A DNA stretch of 64,000 bases from Macrostomum lignano (lineage: Eukaryota): the NCBI GenBank assembly GCA_002269645.1, contig NIVC01002350.1, positions 62,001 to 126,000 on the forward strand. Reading direction: 5' to 3'. Positions 12,175-26,642 of this stretch are shown piece by piece. A model generated the notes under the pieces. The model worked only from the letters and a program-made list of their open reading frames with translations, did no database searches and was not told the DNA's origin. Every line of letters begins with the position of its first letter. Positions within the stretch are counted from its first letter, which is position 1. The position numbers and the translations under genes are program-made.

Positions 12175-14582
12175 GCAATGCGGACAAACATTTAGGAAAA
12201 TGCCCTTGGTAAGAAATGGATGCATGTTAGGCGGAGATAGAGAAGTAGATAGTTGGGGAAGAGAAGTAGACAGTGGGAGGGAGAGTAGACAGAGTGGGAA
12301 GAAAAGTAGACTGAGGGGAGAGAGAAGTAGACTGAGGGGAGAGAGAAGTAGACAGTAGGGAGAGAGAAGTAGACAGAAGGGAGAGAGAAATAGACAGTGG
12401 GAGAGAGAAGTAGACAGTGGGTAGAGAAGTAGACAGTGGGGAGAGAGAAGTAGACAGTGGGTAGAGAAGTAGACAGTGGGGAGAGAGAAGTAGACAGTGG
12501 AGGAGACAGAGAAGTAGACAGTGGGGAGAGAGAAGTAGACAGTGAGGAGAGAGAAATAGACAGTGGAGGAGAAAGAGAAGTAGACAGTGGGAGAGAGAAG
12601 TAGACAGTGGGGAGAGAGAAGTAGACAGTGAGGAGAGAGAAATAGACAGTGGAGGAGAAGAGAAGTAGACAGTGGGAGAGAGAAGTAGACAGTGGGGAGA
12701 GAAGTAGACAGTGGGGGAGAAATAGACAGTGGAGGAGACAGAGAAGTAGACAGTGGGGAGAGAGAAGTAGACAGTGAGGAGAGAGAAATAGACAGTGGAG
12801 GAGAAAGAGAAGTAGACAGTGGGAGAGAGAAGTAGACAGTGGGGAGAGAAGTAGACAGTGGGGGAGAGAGTAGACAGTGTGGAGAGAGAGAAGTAGACAG
12901 TGGAGGAGAAAAAGAAGTAGACAGTGGGGAGAGAGTAGACAGTGGGGAGAGAGAGAAGTAGACAGTGGAGGAGAAAGAGAATTAGACAGTGAGGAGAGAG
13001 AAGTAGACAGTGGAGGAGAAAGAGAATTAGACAGTGGGGAGAGAGAAGTAGACAGTGGGGAGAGAGTAGACAGTGAGAGAGAGAAGTAGACAGTGGAGGA
13101 GAAAAAGAAGTAGACAGTGGGGAGAGAGAAGTAGACAGTGGAGGAGTCGATATCGATAAAGTCAGAGTCAGTACTCAACACGCTCAAGAATCTGCGCCAT
13201 CAAGCAGCAGCCGGTCAGTCTCGTCCAACAGTCTGGCCAATGAGCTGCCGCGTCGGTCAAGGCAGGCCCGAGCCTGAGCTGCCAGGCCTTCAGCGTCCAC
13301 CGCCGATCGAAGTTCCTTCCTCCGCCTGAGCAGTCTGCAACAATAAAAGCACAAAAACTGCAGAGAGCGAAAAAGAGAGGCACCAGAAAGTGCAAAAAAG
13401 AAGCACTAGACAGTCAGTTTAACTCCCGGGGCTTCTCTCAATTAATTCGTTCGGCGGGATTCCGGTCGGTGCGGTGACAAGTTAATACTCGATGGTGGTT
13501 TCGGATTATTATAGATTGGTTAAGCGCTGCCGAGCGCAACACAGTGGGGAGAGGGCAGATGAGCTCAAATGATTGAGAAATCGAAGCTGAGCCAGCAGCA
13601 TCAGCAGCTGCAGTTTGCCACATAATTGCCACCCTCTCTGTCCCCTCCCAACCCCAAATTGAACCCCAGCAGCCACCGAGCGCCTGTGTCCCGTCCTGTC
13701 TGCCCCGCATGTGTAAATATATGAACCCCCGCCGGAATTAAATCATTTCCTGCACTCGTCATTACCTCATTAAACAGCAGCCGCAGCAGCAGCAGCGCAA
13801 TCGGTCTGGGGGGGGGCTTCGGCTGTAGGGGGGGGGGGAAAGTCACTGGAGATCCCGGCCAGTGTCAGATTTCTCTCTCCCTACTCGGCCAGGCGAGCTG
13901 GCGGCCGGCGACGGGACCTCGCGATGTCGGAGTCCCGCCATCTAATTCAATCAGTGAAAACCTGACAGAGGGACTGCCCGACCGGCAAATCCCAGAGGAT
14001 CGGCGGTGGGGGGGGGAGGAGAGTCCGGGGAGTGTCAGATGCTGCTGGGGCTCAAATCTCTCTGCCCAGCCTCTTCGTCAGAAGCTTCTCGCGGACCCGC
14101 CGCTCTGCTGCTGTTGCCAGATTTTCAGCTCCTGCCTTTCCCGCCAATTTCTGGAGACTCTTCTCGGGAAAGCAGAAAAAACACACAGACACACAGAGAT
14201 ACAGGAAGAGACAGCATTTAATTAAACTGGATCGAGGGAGCGGAGATGTGCCAAAAGGAATGCGAAAACAGATTAAAGCGGCCCCGGCTAGGATGGATGT
14301 AGCCAAGGGAAATCACTGGGACAGCTGGACTCTGGCCAGCTGAGGGTGGGCTGCATGGTCAGCTGCTGTTGAGAATTCGAGCTGAGGAAGATACCAAAAC
14401 ATGGCCGCAAAGGAATGGCTTGGATGGGGAGACAGGGAAATAACTGAAACTGCTGACAACTGGGCGCTGCCGACTGGAAAGGTGCGACATGCAGACAGGC
14501 AGACAAAAAAACAGACAGACAGACAGAGAGACAGACAGAGACAGACAGGCAGACAGACACGCAGACAGACAGATAGACAGAA

Positions 14583-14643
<61 letters not shown>

Positions 14644-17600
14644 GGCAGACAAAAAAAACAGACAGACAGACACACAGACAGACGGACACTAACAGACAGG
14701 CAGACACTAACAGACAGGCAGACACTAACAGACAGGCAGACACTAACAGACAGGCAGACACTAACAGACAGGCAGACACTAACAGACAGACAGACAGACA
14801 CTAACAGACAGGCAGACACTAACAGACAGACAGACAGACACTAACAGACAGACAGACAGACACTAACAGACAGGCAGACACTAACAGACAGGCAGACACT
14901 AACAGACAGGCAGACACTAACAGACAGGCAGACACTAACAGACAGACAGACACTAAGACACAGGCAGACACTAACAGACAGGCAGACACTAACAGACAGG
15001 CAGACACTAACAGACAGGCAGACACTAACAGACAGGCAGACACTAACAGACAGGCAGACACTAACAGACAGGCAGACACTAAGACACAGGCCAATAGAGA
15101 CAGCTCAAAGCTTTGTTGTCAGCTGGCAATGAACAAGCGATTCCCCTCATTGAACGTTCAGCGCACAAAGAATTGGGAACAATTTCCAAGCAGCAAGTTG
15201 ACGTTATAAATCTATGGCTATAATCGTATACACAAGCAACCCCGAATTGATATATTAATGCGCCTTAATAAGACATAAAAACTCAGCACGGCCAGACAGA
15301 AGCGCTGGTGGCGGTGGTAGGCGGTGGTTGGGTCGGGTGATCAGCTTTAATTTAGCACCGGCGCCAACAATCCACCCATGGAGTTCGACAAGCTCCCAAG
15401 CAAAACCCGATGCCAATTATCAGATAAAGACTAAAGGGTTGGCGACCCCTTGCTTCCTTCTGTCAACTGGCCACCCAACCCCTTGGCCAGTCCCCCCCGA
15501 AGGCTCGAATAGAAATCGACATTGGGGCGAGTCACCAAGGCCAGTGGACTTGAAGAGCTAGATCATGCATAATATCATTATTGTATACGATTTAGATCTT
15601 GCTGTAAGATCACTTGTTGAGACTACTGCTATTTAGAGCTTGCCAATAATAATAAAAACCATATAGGGTTGCTCATAAATTTGGGGGGAAATTTTTTTAG
15701 AGAATTCCCTGGGGCTAATCGGAGCCGAAGAAATTCGATGGCCGATGGCCTAAATTGTTTTTATCTCGTAAATAGCCATTGAAACACTCGTTTCCAATCT
15801 TCTGCTTCTAGAAGGAGGACCCTCCAGGAGGCGCAAAATAGATCCGCGTCACGCAGGCCAACTACGCGGGCGCGGTTTGGGCCGTTTTATTCTTGTCACC
15901 GCAGCCATGCTTTTGTAGGCGATTTTGGGCTCTGTAGCTGACCGCCTGCCCGCGTCTCTTCCTCTCCTTCCTCCCTGTCAGCCTCTCCTCTTAGCCTCTC
16001 CCTTTCCTCTCAGCCTCTCCCTTTCCCTCTCAGTCTCTCCCTTTCCCTCTCAGCCTCTCCCTCTCTCTCTCAGCTCTCCCTTTCCCTTTCCCTCTCAGCC
16101 TCTCCCATTCCCTCTCTCTCTCAGCTTCTCCCTTTCCCTCAGCCTCTCCCTTTCCTTTTCCCTCTCGCCTCTCCCTTTCCCTCTCAGCCTCTCCCTCTCT
16201 CTCTCTCTCAGCTTCTCCCTTTCCCTCTCAGCCTCTCCCTTTCCCTCTCAGCCTCTCCCTCTTAACCTCTCCATTTCCTTTTCCCTCTCGCCTCTCCCTT
16301 TCCCTCTTAGCCTCTCCATTTCCTTTTCCCTCTCGCCTCTCCCTTTCCCTCTTAGCCTCTCCCTTTCCTTTTCCATCTCGCCTCTCCCTTTCCCTCTCAG
16401 CTCTCCCTCTCCCTCTTAACCTCTCCATTTCCTTTTCCCTCTCGCCTCTCCCTTTCCCTCTCAGCCTCTACCTCTCCCTCTTAACCTCTCCATTTCCCTT
16501 TCCCTCTCGCCTCTCCCTTTCCCTCTCAGCCTCTCCTCTCCCTCTTAACCTCTCCATTTCCTTTTCCCTCTCAGCCTCTCCCTTTCCTTTTCCCTCTCGC
16601 CTCTCCCTTTCCATCTCAGCCTCTCCCTTTCCATCTCAGCCTCTCCCTTTCCATCTCAGCCTCTCCCTTTCCCTTTCCCTCTCAGCCTCTCCCTTTCCCT
16701 CTCAGCCTCTCCCTTTCCATCTCAGCCTCTCCCTTTCCATCTCAGCCTCTCTCTTTCCCTTTCCCTCTCAGCCTCTCCCTTTCCCTTTCCCTCTCCCTCT
16801 CAGCCTCTCCCTTTCCCTTTCCCTCTCAGCGTCTCCCTCTCAGAATCTCCCTTTCCCTCAGCGCCTCTCCCTCTCAGCCTCTCCCTTTCCCTTTCCCTCT
16901 CAGCGTCTCCCTCTCGGAATCTCCCTTTCCCTCAGCGCCTCTCCCTCTCCCTCTCAGCCTCTCCCTTTCCCTTTCCCTCTCAGCGTCTCCCTTTCCCTTT
17001 CCCTCTCAGCGTCTCCCTTTCCCTTTCCCTCTCAGCATCTCCCTCTCAGAATCTCCCTTTCCCTCAGCGCCTCTCCTTTTCCCTCTCAGCCTCTCCTTTA
17101 CCCTCTCAGCCTCTCCTTTTCCCTCTCAGCCTCTCCTTTTCCCTCTCAGCCTCTCCTTTTCCCTCTCAGCCTCTCCTTTTCCCTCTCAGCCTCTCCTTTT
17201 CCCTCTCAGCCTCTCCTTTACCCTCTCAGCCTCTCCTTTACCCTCTCAGCCTCTCCTTTTCCCTCTCAGCCTCTCCTTTTCCCTCTCAGCCTCTCCTTTT
17301 CCCTCTCAGCCTCTCCTTTTCCCTCTCAGCCTCTCCTTTTCCCTCTCAGCCTCTCCCTTTTCATCTCAGAATCTTTCTTTCCCTTAGCCTCTCCCTCTTA
17401 GCCTCTCCCTCTCAGCCTCTCCTTTCCATCTCAGAATCTTTTTTCCCTTTAGTCTCTCCCTTTCCCTCAGCCTCTCCCTCTTAGCCTCTCCCTTTCCCTC
17501 AGCCTCTCCCTCTTAGTCTCTCCTTTCCCTCTCAGAATCTCCCTTTCCCTCAGCGCCTCTCCCTCTCCCTCTCAGCCTCTCCCTTTCCCTCTCAGCGTCT

Positions 17601-20600
17601 CCCTCTCAGAATCTCCCTTTCCCTCAGCGCCTCTCCCTCTCCCTCTCAGCCTCTCCCTTTCCCTTTCCCTCTCAGCGTCTCCCTTTCCCTTTCCCTCTCA
17701 GCGTCTCCCTCTCAGAATCTCCCTTTCCCTCAGCGCCTCTCCTTTTCCCTCTCAGCCTCTCCTTTACCCTCTCAGCCTCTCCTTTTCCCTCTCAGCCTCT
17801 CCTTTTCCCTCTCAGCCTCTCCTTTTCCCTCTCAGCCTCTCCTTTTCCCTCTCAGCCTCTCCTTTTCCCTCTCAGCCTCTCCTTTTCCCTCTCAGCCTCT
17901 CCTTTACCCTCTCAGCCTCTCCCTTTCCCTCTCAGCCTCTCCTTTTCCCTCTCAGCCTCTCCTTTTCCCTCTCAGCCTCTCCCTTTCCCTCTCAGCCTCT
18001 CCTTTTCCCTCTCAGCCTCTCCTTTTCCCTCTCAGCCTCTCCCTTTCCCTCTCAGCCTCTCCCTTTTCATCTCAGAATCTTTCTTTCCCTTAGCCTCTCC
18101 CTCTTAGCCTCTCCCTCTCAGCCTCTCCTTTCCATCTCAGAATCTTTTTTTCCCTCTTAGTCTCTCCCTTTCCCTCAGCCTCTCCCTCTTAGCCTCTCCC
18201 TTTCCCTCAGCCTCTCCCTCTTAGTCTCTCCCTTTCCCTCTCAGCATCTCCCTCTCAGAATCTCCCTTTCCCTCAGCGCCTCTCCCTCTCAGCCGCTCCT
18301 TTTCCCTCTCAGCCGCTCCTTTTCCCTCTCAGCCTCTCCTTTACCCTCTCAGCCTCTCCTTTTCCCTCTCAGCCTCTCCCTCTCCCCCTCAGCTGTCCAT
18401 TCTCATTTGCAGCCGCAAACGTCTCAGCAAATTTTTCATGGTTCTACAGGCAGACACAGCGCCTTAAACACAGGTGCCGAAAGTGTCGTTCTATTGTATG
18501 TATAGTTACGAGTATATATACGAGTAGGCCTCGACAACATAACGAGAAGACTTCTAAGACTTCTACTATCAATATTCAAGCAGGCATTTAGGCTATTTTA
18601 ATGGATACAGTAGCTATCGAATCACATAACAGGCGTCCCATCTGGGATGTCAAGGTGTGGGTTTTATTAGGTTAGGTGAAAAATCAGAAATAAGCGCAGA
18701 CACACACACAGCTAGACAGCAGACGCTGCAGCAAGATACCCTGAAGAGCTCTAAGAGACGCCGGTCCAAGCCATCTGGTTGATGAGACGCCGGCAGTCAG
18801 TCCCGGAAGGCCTTAGCGACACTTTCAAGCGATAACACTTCAACACGATCACCCGAGAAGGAGGCGATAGAACAATAATAAAAAATACTTCAACACGGCA
18901 GCCAGGAGACCCTCTTGTTCTCTTTTCTATAAGTTTTCGAGCGGAGAATTACAGAATTGAAGTGGCGTTTCAGTTATCCGCAACCACCAAACTAACCCAC
19001 TTGAAGGCCGACTTGTAACCCCGGCTAATATATACAGTGGCGCATATATTACACAGACTGCTCTTGGCTTCTGTAGCAACTGAGCATAAGGCCAATTCAA
19101 CTCATAGAGTGAGCATGCAGCCATTGTGTTTGTCTGCCTGCTGCCATTGATTCCTATTGATACAAATTATATGAAATTATCATTCTGCTTCGTATTGCGA
19201 CTTGAAAAATAACTTAACTAATTATGACCAGAATATATTGACAGTTCCCATGATTGACAGGGCAGCGAGATTGGCTTCTCAGCCTCTACCTCTCCCTGCC
19301 TCTCTCCCTGCATCTCTTCCTCTCTCCCTGCATCTCTTCCTCTCCCGCTGCATCTCTTCCTCTCCCTGCATCTCTGCCTCTCTCCCTGCATCTTCCTCTC
19401 TCCATGCATCTCTTCCACTCTGCCTGCATCTCTTCCTCTCTCCCTGCATCTCTTCCTCTCTCCCTGCATCTCTTCCTCTCTCCCTGCATCTCTTCCTCTC
19501 TCCCTGCATCTCTTCCTCTCTCCCTGCATCTCTTCCTCTCTCCTTGCATCTCTTCTCTCTCCCTGCATATTTTCCCCTCTCCCTGCATCTCCGCCTCTCT
19601 ACCTGCATCTCTGCCTCTCTCCCTGCATCTCCGTCTCTCTCCTTGCATCTCTTCCACTCTGCCTGCATCTCTCCCTCTCTCCCTGCATCTCTGCTTCTCT
19701 CCCTGCATCTCTTCCTCTCTCCCTGCATATCTCCTCTCTCCCTTCATCTCTGCTTCTCTCCCTGCATCTTCCTCTCTCCCTGCATCTCTGCCTCTCTCCC
19801 TGCATCTCTGCCTCTCTCCCTGCATCTCTTCCTCTCTCCCTGTATCTCTTCCACTCTGCCTGCATCTCTGCCTCTCTCCTTGCATCTCTTCCACTCTGCC
19901 TGCATCTCTTCCTCTCTCCCTGCATCTCTGCCTCTCTCCTTGCATCTCTGCCTCTCCCTGCATCTCTGCCTCTCTCCCTGCATCTCTGCCTCTCTCCCTG
20001 CATCTCTGCCTCTCTTCTTGCATCTCTTCCACTCTGCCTGCATCTCTGCCTCTCTCCCTGCATCTCTGCCTCTCTCCTTGCATCTCTTCCACTCTGCCTG
20101 CATCTCTGCCTCTCTCCCTTTCTCTCTACATGCCTCCATTTCTCCTTGTCGCCCTGCATCTCACCATCTCCCCTTCATTTCCCCTGATCAATAAATTTCT
20201 CTCCCTGCATCGCCCTCCCATTCCCACACCCAAGTTATAAAATCGCAAACCAAAGGACAGCAAAGCCGCATTAGAACCTCGGCAGATGAAACATTTCTGA
20301 AGAAAATAAGGATTATCACCCGAGAATTATCTGACTCAATTTCCCAAACCTCCCACACTCCCAAAATTTGAGTCGCGGGCCAGTCGTATCCCAGACGTTT
20401 CCACAGTTTTAAACCGAACTGGAATTCATATTTGCCTGCAAAAGATTGAGAAAGACACAGACTTACACTCGCATACATACACATACAAATTTATATAGAG
20501 ACAACACAGGAAGCCTGGACCTTCCACAACGAATTTTAGGGGAAAGCGGGGGTGATACAGGCAGTAGCTTATATTTGATTGAGAAAGGTATTAGGAATCT

Positions 20601-21793
20601 AAGCGGCAAAAATGAGACAGGAAATGGAGATGGGAATCGGGAGCTAAAAAGCATCTGCAGGCGGGGTTTGATGGTCCGTATTTGTTCAAAATTGGTCTAG
20701 CAAAACACACACACACACATACACAGAGACACGCGCAAACCGCCCCTATTTCTCCTAACAATGCATAATCTGTGTGCGCGGCTTAGGTTGGTTTTTAACC
20801 CCTCTTCTCACTTCCGTCAAGGAGACGCTGCTGCTGCTGCTGCTGCTTCTAGAAGGAATAGCAACAAGGATTAGAAATCAGAGAATCAACTGCTGGGAAT
20901 CTAGAAGCAGAAAGAAAGCAAGGACAAGAGAGGAAATCGGGGCAGGGGGACGCAGCACCTGATTCTGTCGGGAGGTTCCGCGATCGATTTTGTTTTTGTT
21001 TCACAAAACACACGCAGCAACAGCAAAAGCAGAAACGATTCCCACTCTATCCGGCTTGAAGAGATGCGAAAGCAGCAACAGACGCAGCAAAAATCTGCAG
21101 AAGCATTGCCTGAAGTGGACACGCACAATGCACAAGGGCGATGCTCCCCCGTCCCGCAATGACCTCTTAAGATTCCGATTCGCGCTGCACTGCTTAGCTG
21201 ATTGTCTGCAAAAAATCAAGGTTAACAATCAAGATAATGGCAACCCCCCTCCCTCCAGAAGGGCAGAAGCGCAAAAGCAAACACCTTGCTAATCGCTCAG
21301 GCTTGCAGGAATATAAAAAACTGCTTTAAAAATGTGTCAACAGCAAGCATATGGGGACACTTCAGGATTGTCTGTCGGGCCTGAAGCAGAAGGACCCTTT
21401 TTTGCAAACTTGAGCGCTCTTACAGATTGGTCTTAGTAGTGATATATCCTTCCCAATTTATGGGAATTGCATGCAGCTAAATATTACACTATTATAAAGA
21501 AGACTTTGAGGCCCTCCCGTCCGTCTCTGTCCCCAATGCAAACAGGCTGCTCATTCAGCGAAAAAACTAGCGAACATATGCGCTGCTTCAGCCTGTCGTC
21601 TGCTGCTACAAGAAGAAGCGAAATCAAGTAGAGCAGAGAAAAGGGATTTATCCTAAACGAAAAAAGTTGGCAAACAGAGGCCTCTGTCCGAAATGGTCTT
21701 GCATGTTCTTAATCTGCAAAGTGAGATTAACAGGCTGGGAGGCAGATTGAAAGAATGTCAGACTGGACTGGGGACTGGGGACTGGGGACTGAA
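12175..21793. repeat. Copy 2 of the ~9.7 kb direct duplication
   Basis: Near-identical to 1450-11174, differing mostly by 1-bp indels and repeat copy number. It continues into the GGGGACT array where copy 1 stops. Confidence 0.95.
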
Positions 21794-22855
21794 GGACTGG
21801 GGACTGGGGACTGAAGGACTGGGGACTGGGGACTGAAGGACTGGGGACTGGGGACTGAAGGACTGGGACTGGGGACTGAAGGACTGGGGACTGAAGGACT
21901 GAAGGACTGGGGACTGAAGGAATGGGGACTGGGGACTGAAGGAATGGGGACTGGGGACTGAAGGACTGAAGGACTGGGGACTGAAGGACTGGGGACTGGG
22001 GACTGAAGGACTGAAGGACTGGGGACTGAAGGACTGAAGGACTGGGGACTGAAGGAATGGGGACTGGGGACTGAAGGACTGAAGGACTGGGGAGTGAAGG
22101 ACTGAAGGACTGGGGACTGAAGGACTGGGGACTGGGGACTGAAGGAATGGGGACTGGAGACTGAAGGACTGGGGACTGGGGACTGAAGGAATGGGGACTG
22201 GAGACTGAAGGAATGGGGACTGGGGACTGAAGGAATGGTCCCTTAGTCCCTTAGTCCCTTAGAATGGGGACTGGGGATTGAAGGACTGGGGACTGAAGGA
22301 ATGGGGACTGGGGACTGGGGACTGAATGAATGGGGACTGGAGACTGAAGGAATGGGGACTGGAGACTGAAGGACTGAAGGACTGGGGACTGAAGTAATGG
22401 GGAATGGGGATTGAAGGACTGGGGACTGAAAGACTTGGGTCTGAGGACTGAAGGACTGAGGACTGAAGGACTGGGGACTGGGGACTGAAGGAATGGGGAC
22501 TGGAGACTGAAGGAATGGGGACTGGGGATTGAAGGACTGGGGACTGAAGGACTGGGGACTGGGGAGTGAAGGAATGGGGACTGGAGACTGAAAGAATGGG
22601 GACTGGGGACTGAAGGAATGGGGACTGGGGGCTGAAGGAATGGGGAATGGGGATTGAAGGACTGGGGACTGAAAGACTGGGGTCTGAAGGACTGATGACT
22701 GAAGGACTGGGGTCTGAAGGACAGAGGACTGAATGACTGAAGGACTGAGGACTGAAGGACTGGGGTCTGAATGACAGAGGACTAAATGACTGAAGGACTG
22801 AGGTCTGAAGGACTGAGAACTGAAGGACTGAAGGACTGGGGTCTGAGGACTAAGG
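21765..22855. repeat. G-rich 7-8-bp satellite (GGGGACT / GAAGGACT)
   Basis: Tandem ggggact and gaaggact units that decay towards 22850. Confidence 0.95.
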
Positions 22856-23984
22856 GACATAATAAAATGTTTCGAATAAAACAATTTGTACTTATCAGTA
22901 AAAAGAAAAGTAACGAAAAGTATAATGCAAAAGATAAAGAAGCAAGAATCCACGCGCCATCAGGCCTATCAAATGTCCAGTATTGAGACTGAACGCAAAC
23001 TCCTTCAGCGGAACAGAACAAGATATTACAGCATGGGAGTATATAGATAGGCCCAGGTGCCAGCTCAAACACATCTTGAACACGCGCACAGCGTCATAGC
23101 AGGGACACGCGCTCAAGGTACACTATTATTGCGTGTGCCAGACAGCCCAGCCCCTCTTCTAATCAAACATACAGTAGAGGGGCAAAGCTGCCAGACTGAA
23201 AGCGAAAGCAGGTGCGATTGCGCCAATAGAAGATCTCACTTTCTTCCCACTTGACACAATCGGGCCCTTCTAGCTTTTGGGAAGAATGAGAAATTAAGGG
23301 AAAACGTTCTCACTCGATTTTGGAACAGGAAAGCACATATCCAAGCAATTCTTTCAGATCTGCCGCTTAGACTAAAGAATATACACATATGAATTGAGCA
23401 ACACAAACACACGCACAATACTATTATAGGTTTAAGTGAACTGTTGGGATAAGTTAACAAGACAGCATTGACACCTTTAACTGCACACCCAACCAACCCC
23501 CCACTCCCCGCGTCGAAGGCCTGCCAGGGTAAACAGCAGGCCGACACGAATGAGAAGTTAGAAGAATAACTCATGTTGACCCAGGGGGGCTGTGACTGCG
23601 GTATTGAGCTTGAGAATAGATTGAAAAAAAGAGAGGAAAACGGTAGAGCCTGAGCCTCCCTACTTCGGGCGGGTGTTTGTCTTCATAAACAGACTCTTCT
23701 AATTTCAGGTTTTTAACAGAGCTTTTCTCACACTTTCCCTGTGCTCAGCTAGTTGAGCACGAGCATTTGTATTTACCCCGAATGTTAACAGTTTTTTTTG
23801 ACACTGGGCCAGCGCTTCGAGTAGATCTTGCACCTGGTTGATATAGAGGAAGCCGCAGGGATACGATATTATAGCTGGATTCTTAATTCGGAGAATAGCA
23901 TAACAGTTTCATAGATGAGCTGAGAATTCAATTGTTGAATGGTTGGCTTGGTTTGGCTCCGACTAAGTGCATGGTATGGACCAG

Positions 23985-25230
23985 GATGAAGATTTGAGAG
24001 GCTGGCCCAGCAACTGAGGATCTGGGAGTCTGGCCCAGCAACTGAGGATCTGGGAGGCTGGCCCAGCAACTGAGGATCTGAGAGGCTGGCCCAGCAACTG
24101 AGGATCTGGGATGGTGGTCCTGCAACTGAGGATCTGGGAGGCTGGCCCAGCAACTGAGGATCTGGGAGGCTGGCCCAGTAACTGAGGATCTGGGATGCTG
24201 GCCCAGTAACTGAGGATCTGGGAGTCTGGCCCAGCAACTGAGGATCTGGGAGGCTGGTCCTGCAACTGAGGATCTGGGAGGCTGGCCCAGCAACTGAAGA
24301 TCTGGGAGGCTAGCCCAGCAACTGAGGATCTTGGAGGCTGGCCCAGCAACTGAGGATCTTGGAGGCTGGCCCAGCAACTGAGGATCTGGGAGGCTGGTCC
24401 AGCAACTGATGATCTGGGAGGCTGGTCCAGCAACTGAGGATCTGGGAAGGTGATCCTGCAACTGAGGATCTGGGAGGCTGGTCCTGCAACTGAGGATCTG
24501 GGAGGCTGGATCAGCAACTGAGGATCTTGGAGGCTGGCCCAGCAACTGAGGATCTGGGAGGCTGGCCCAGCAACTGAGGATCTTGGAGGCTGGCCCAGCA
24601 ACTGAGGATCTGGGAGGCTGGCCCAGCAACTGAGGATCTGGGAGGCTGGTCCAGCAACTGAGGATCTGGGAGGCTGATCCAGCAACTGACACTCTGGGAA
24701 GCTGGCCCAGCAACTGAGGATCTGGGAGGCTGGTCCTGCAACTGAGGATCTGGGAGGCTGGATCAGCAACTGAGGATCTTGGAGGCTGGCCCAGCAACTG
24801 AGGATCTTGGAGGCTGGTCCTGCAACTGAGGATCTGGGAGGCTGGCCCAGCAACTGAGGATCTGGGAGGCTGGTCCAGCAACTGAGGATCTGGGAGGCTG
24901 GATCAGCAACTGAGGATCTTGGAGGCTGGCCCAGCAACTGAGGATCTTGGAGGCTGGCCCAGCAACTGAGGATCTTGGAGGCTGGCCCAGCAACTGAGGA
25001 TCTGGGAGGCTGGTCCAGTAACTGAGGATCTGGGAGGCTGGTCCTGCAACTGAGGATCTGGGAGGCTGGTCCTGCAACTGAGGATCTGGGAGGCTGGATC
25101 AGCAACTGAGGATCTTGGAGGCTGGCCCAGCAACTGAGGATCTTGGAGGCTGGCCCAGCAACTGAGGATCTTGGAGGCTGGTCCAGCAACTGAGGATCTG
25201 TGAGGCTGGCCCAGCAACTGAGGATCTGGG
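23985..25230. repeat. 28-bp minisatellite (GGCTGGCCCAGCAACTGAGGATCTGGGA), ~44 copies
   Basis: The unit is seen directly, and the 28-aa periodicity of the overlapping ORFs matches a 28-bp unit. Confidence 0.95.
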
Positions 25231-25324
25231 GCAACAGCAAGCAAAACAAAACACAGATTAAGAAAGATTTAGGACTCTAAAAAGCAGCAACAGCAAGCCG
25301 TGATCAGATTGCGCAATGCAATTC

Positions 25325-26045
25325 TCAATAGCTGAAGAATCCCTCCGATCCCAGCAGTGCCGCCAGCTCAAGTATGAAATTAAGCGAGCAACAAGTGGCC
25401 GCAAAGAGAGCACAGGTGCCTTCCGAGCTATTCGGTTTGAGGCTAAGAGAGCTTGAAGAAGTTCAGAGAAGTGAGATATTTATTAAAAACAGATGGATAG
25501 AGAGGCCAGGTGCTCTCTCGCTAGGCCACTTGTATATCGAGCTATTTAAGCTACTCACAGCATGAGTACGAGCCAGCCAAGGATCTCCCACACAGGCGTG
25601 GCCAAAGCAATGTTGCCGCTTGTCAGCCTGTGAAGGAATTGTTCAAACAGATCGGACTAAGCTTATACACTTATTAAAACAGCGCTGGAGTTAAACACAC
25701 TCAGCGAGGACACAATTAAAAGCACGCACTTGAACGTGTCAACAAGCTGCCTGAGATCGTCCGCGATGCAATTTAAGCCGTCGAGTTTAACAGCGGCGGC
25801 GCCGACAAAAGCGGCCAATTTTTCTTGGACGACGCGACGACGCAGGGTCGCCTGGCTGGCCGAGTCCACCGGCGGCATGCGGCGCTGCTCCCTGGCGGCC
25901 GTTTCTTTTTCTAAAATAGAATAGAACACAGCTGCTAATCATGCTACTGTCAGTTTGATGTTAGTAGGCAAGCTGCGAATTTTAACGTATTTTATGCTAA
26001 AACGAACTAAGTAACTAACTGACGAATAAACTACGAGCGTATTGA

Positions 26046-26082
<37 letters not shown>

Positions 26083-26083
26083 G

Positions 26084-26122
<39 letters not shown>

Positions 26123-26147
26123 GACTAACTAACTAACTAACTAACTG

Positions 26148-26214
<67 letters not shown>

Positions 26215-26253
26215 GACTAATTAACTAAATAACTAACTAACTGACTGACTAAT

Positions 26254-26298
<45 letters not shown>

Positions 26299-26319
26299 GA
26301 CTAACTAACTAACTAACTG

Positions 26320-26370
<51 letters not shown>

Positions 26371-26403
26371 GACTAATTAACTAACTAACTAACTAACTAA
26401 CTG

Positions 26404-26434
<31 letters not shown>

Positions 26435-26473
26435 CACTAATTAACTAAAAAACTAACTAACTAACTAACTAAG

Positions 26474-26522
<49 letters not shown>

Positions 26523-26561
26523 GACTAATTAACTAACTAACTAACTGACTAATTAACTAAA

Positions 26562-26642
<81 letters not shown>

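Noticed and set aside
11036-12225. Four ~350-380 aa ORFs
   Set aside because: They consist of X residues from the N gap.
621-22953. Many 130-430 aa ORFs (TSMSTL, SVCL, ERGRDAG, SLPASLP, QSFSP)
   Set aside because: These are periodic translations of minisatellites, open in several frames and on both strands, with no splice or domain support.
23869-25249. 317-428 aa ORFs near RPAP2
   Set aside because: These are translations of the 28-bp array and lie downstream of the predicted RPAP2 stop.
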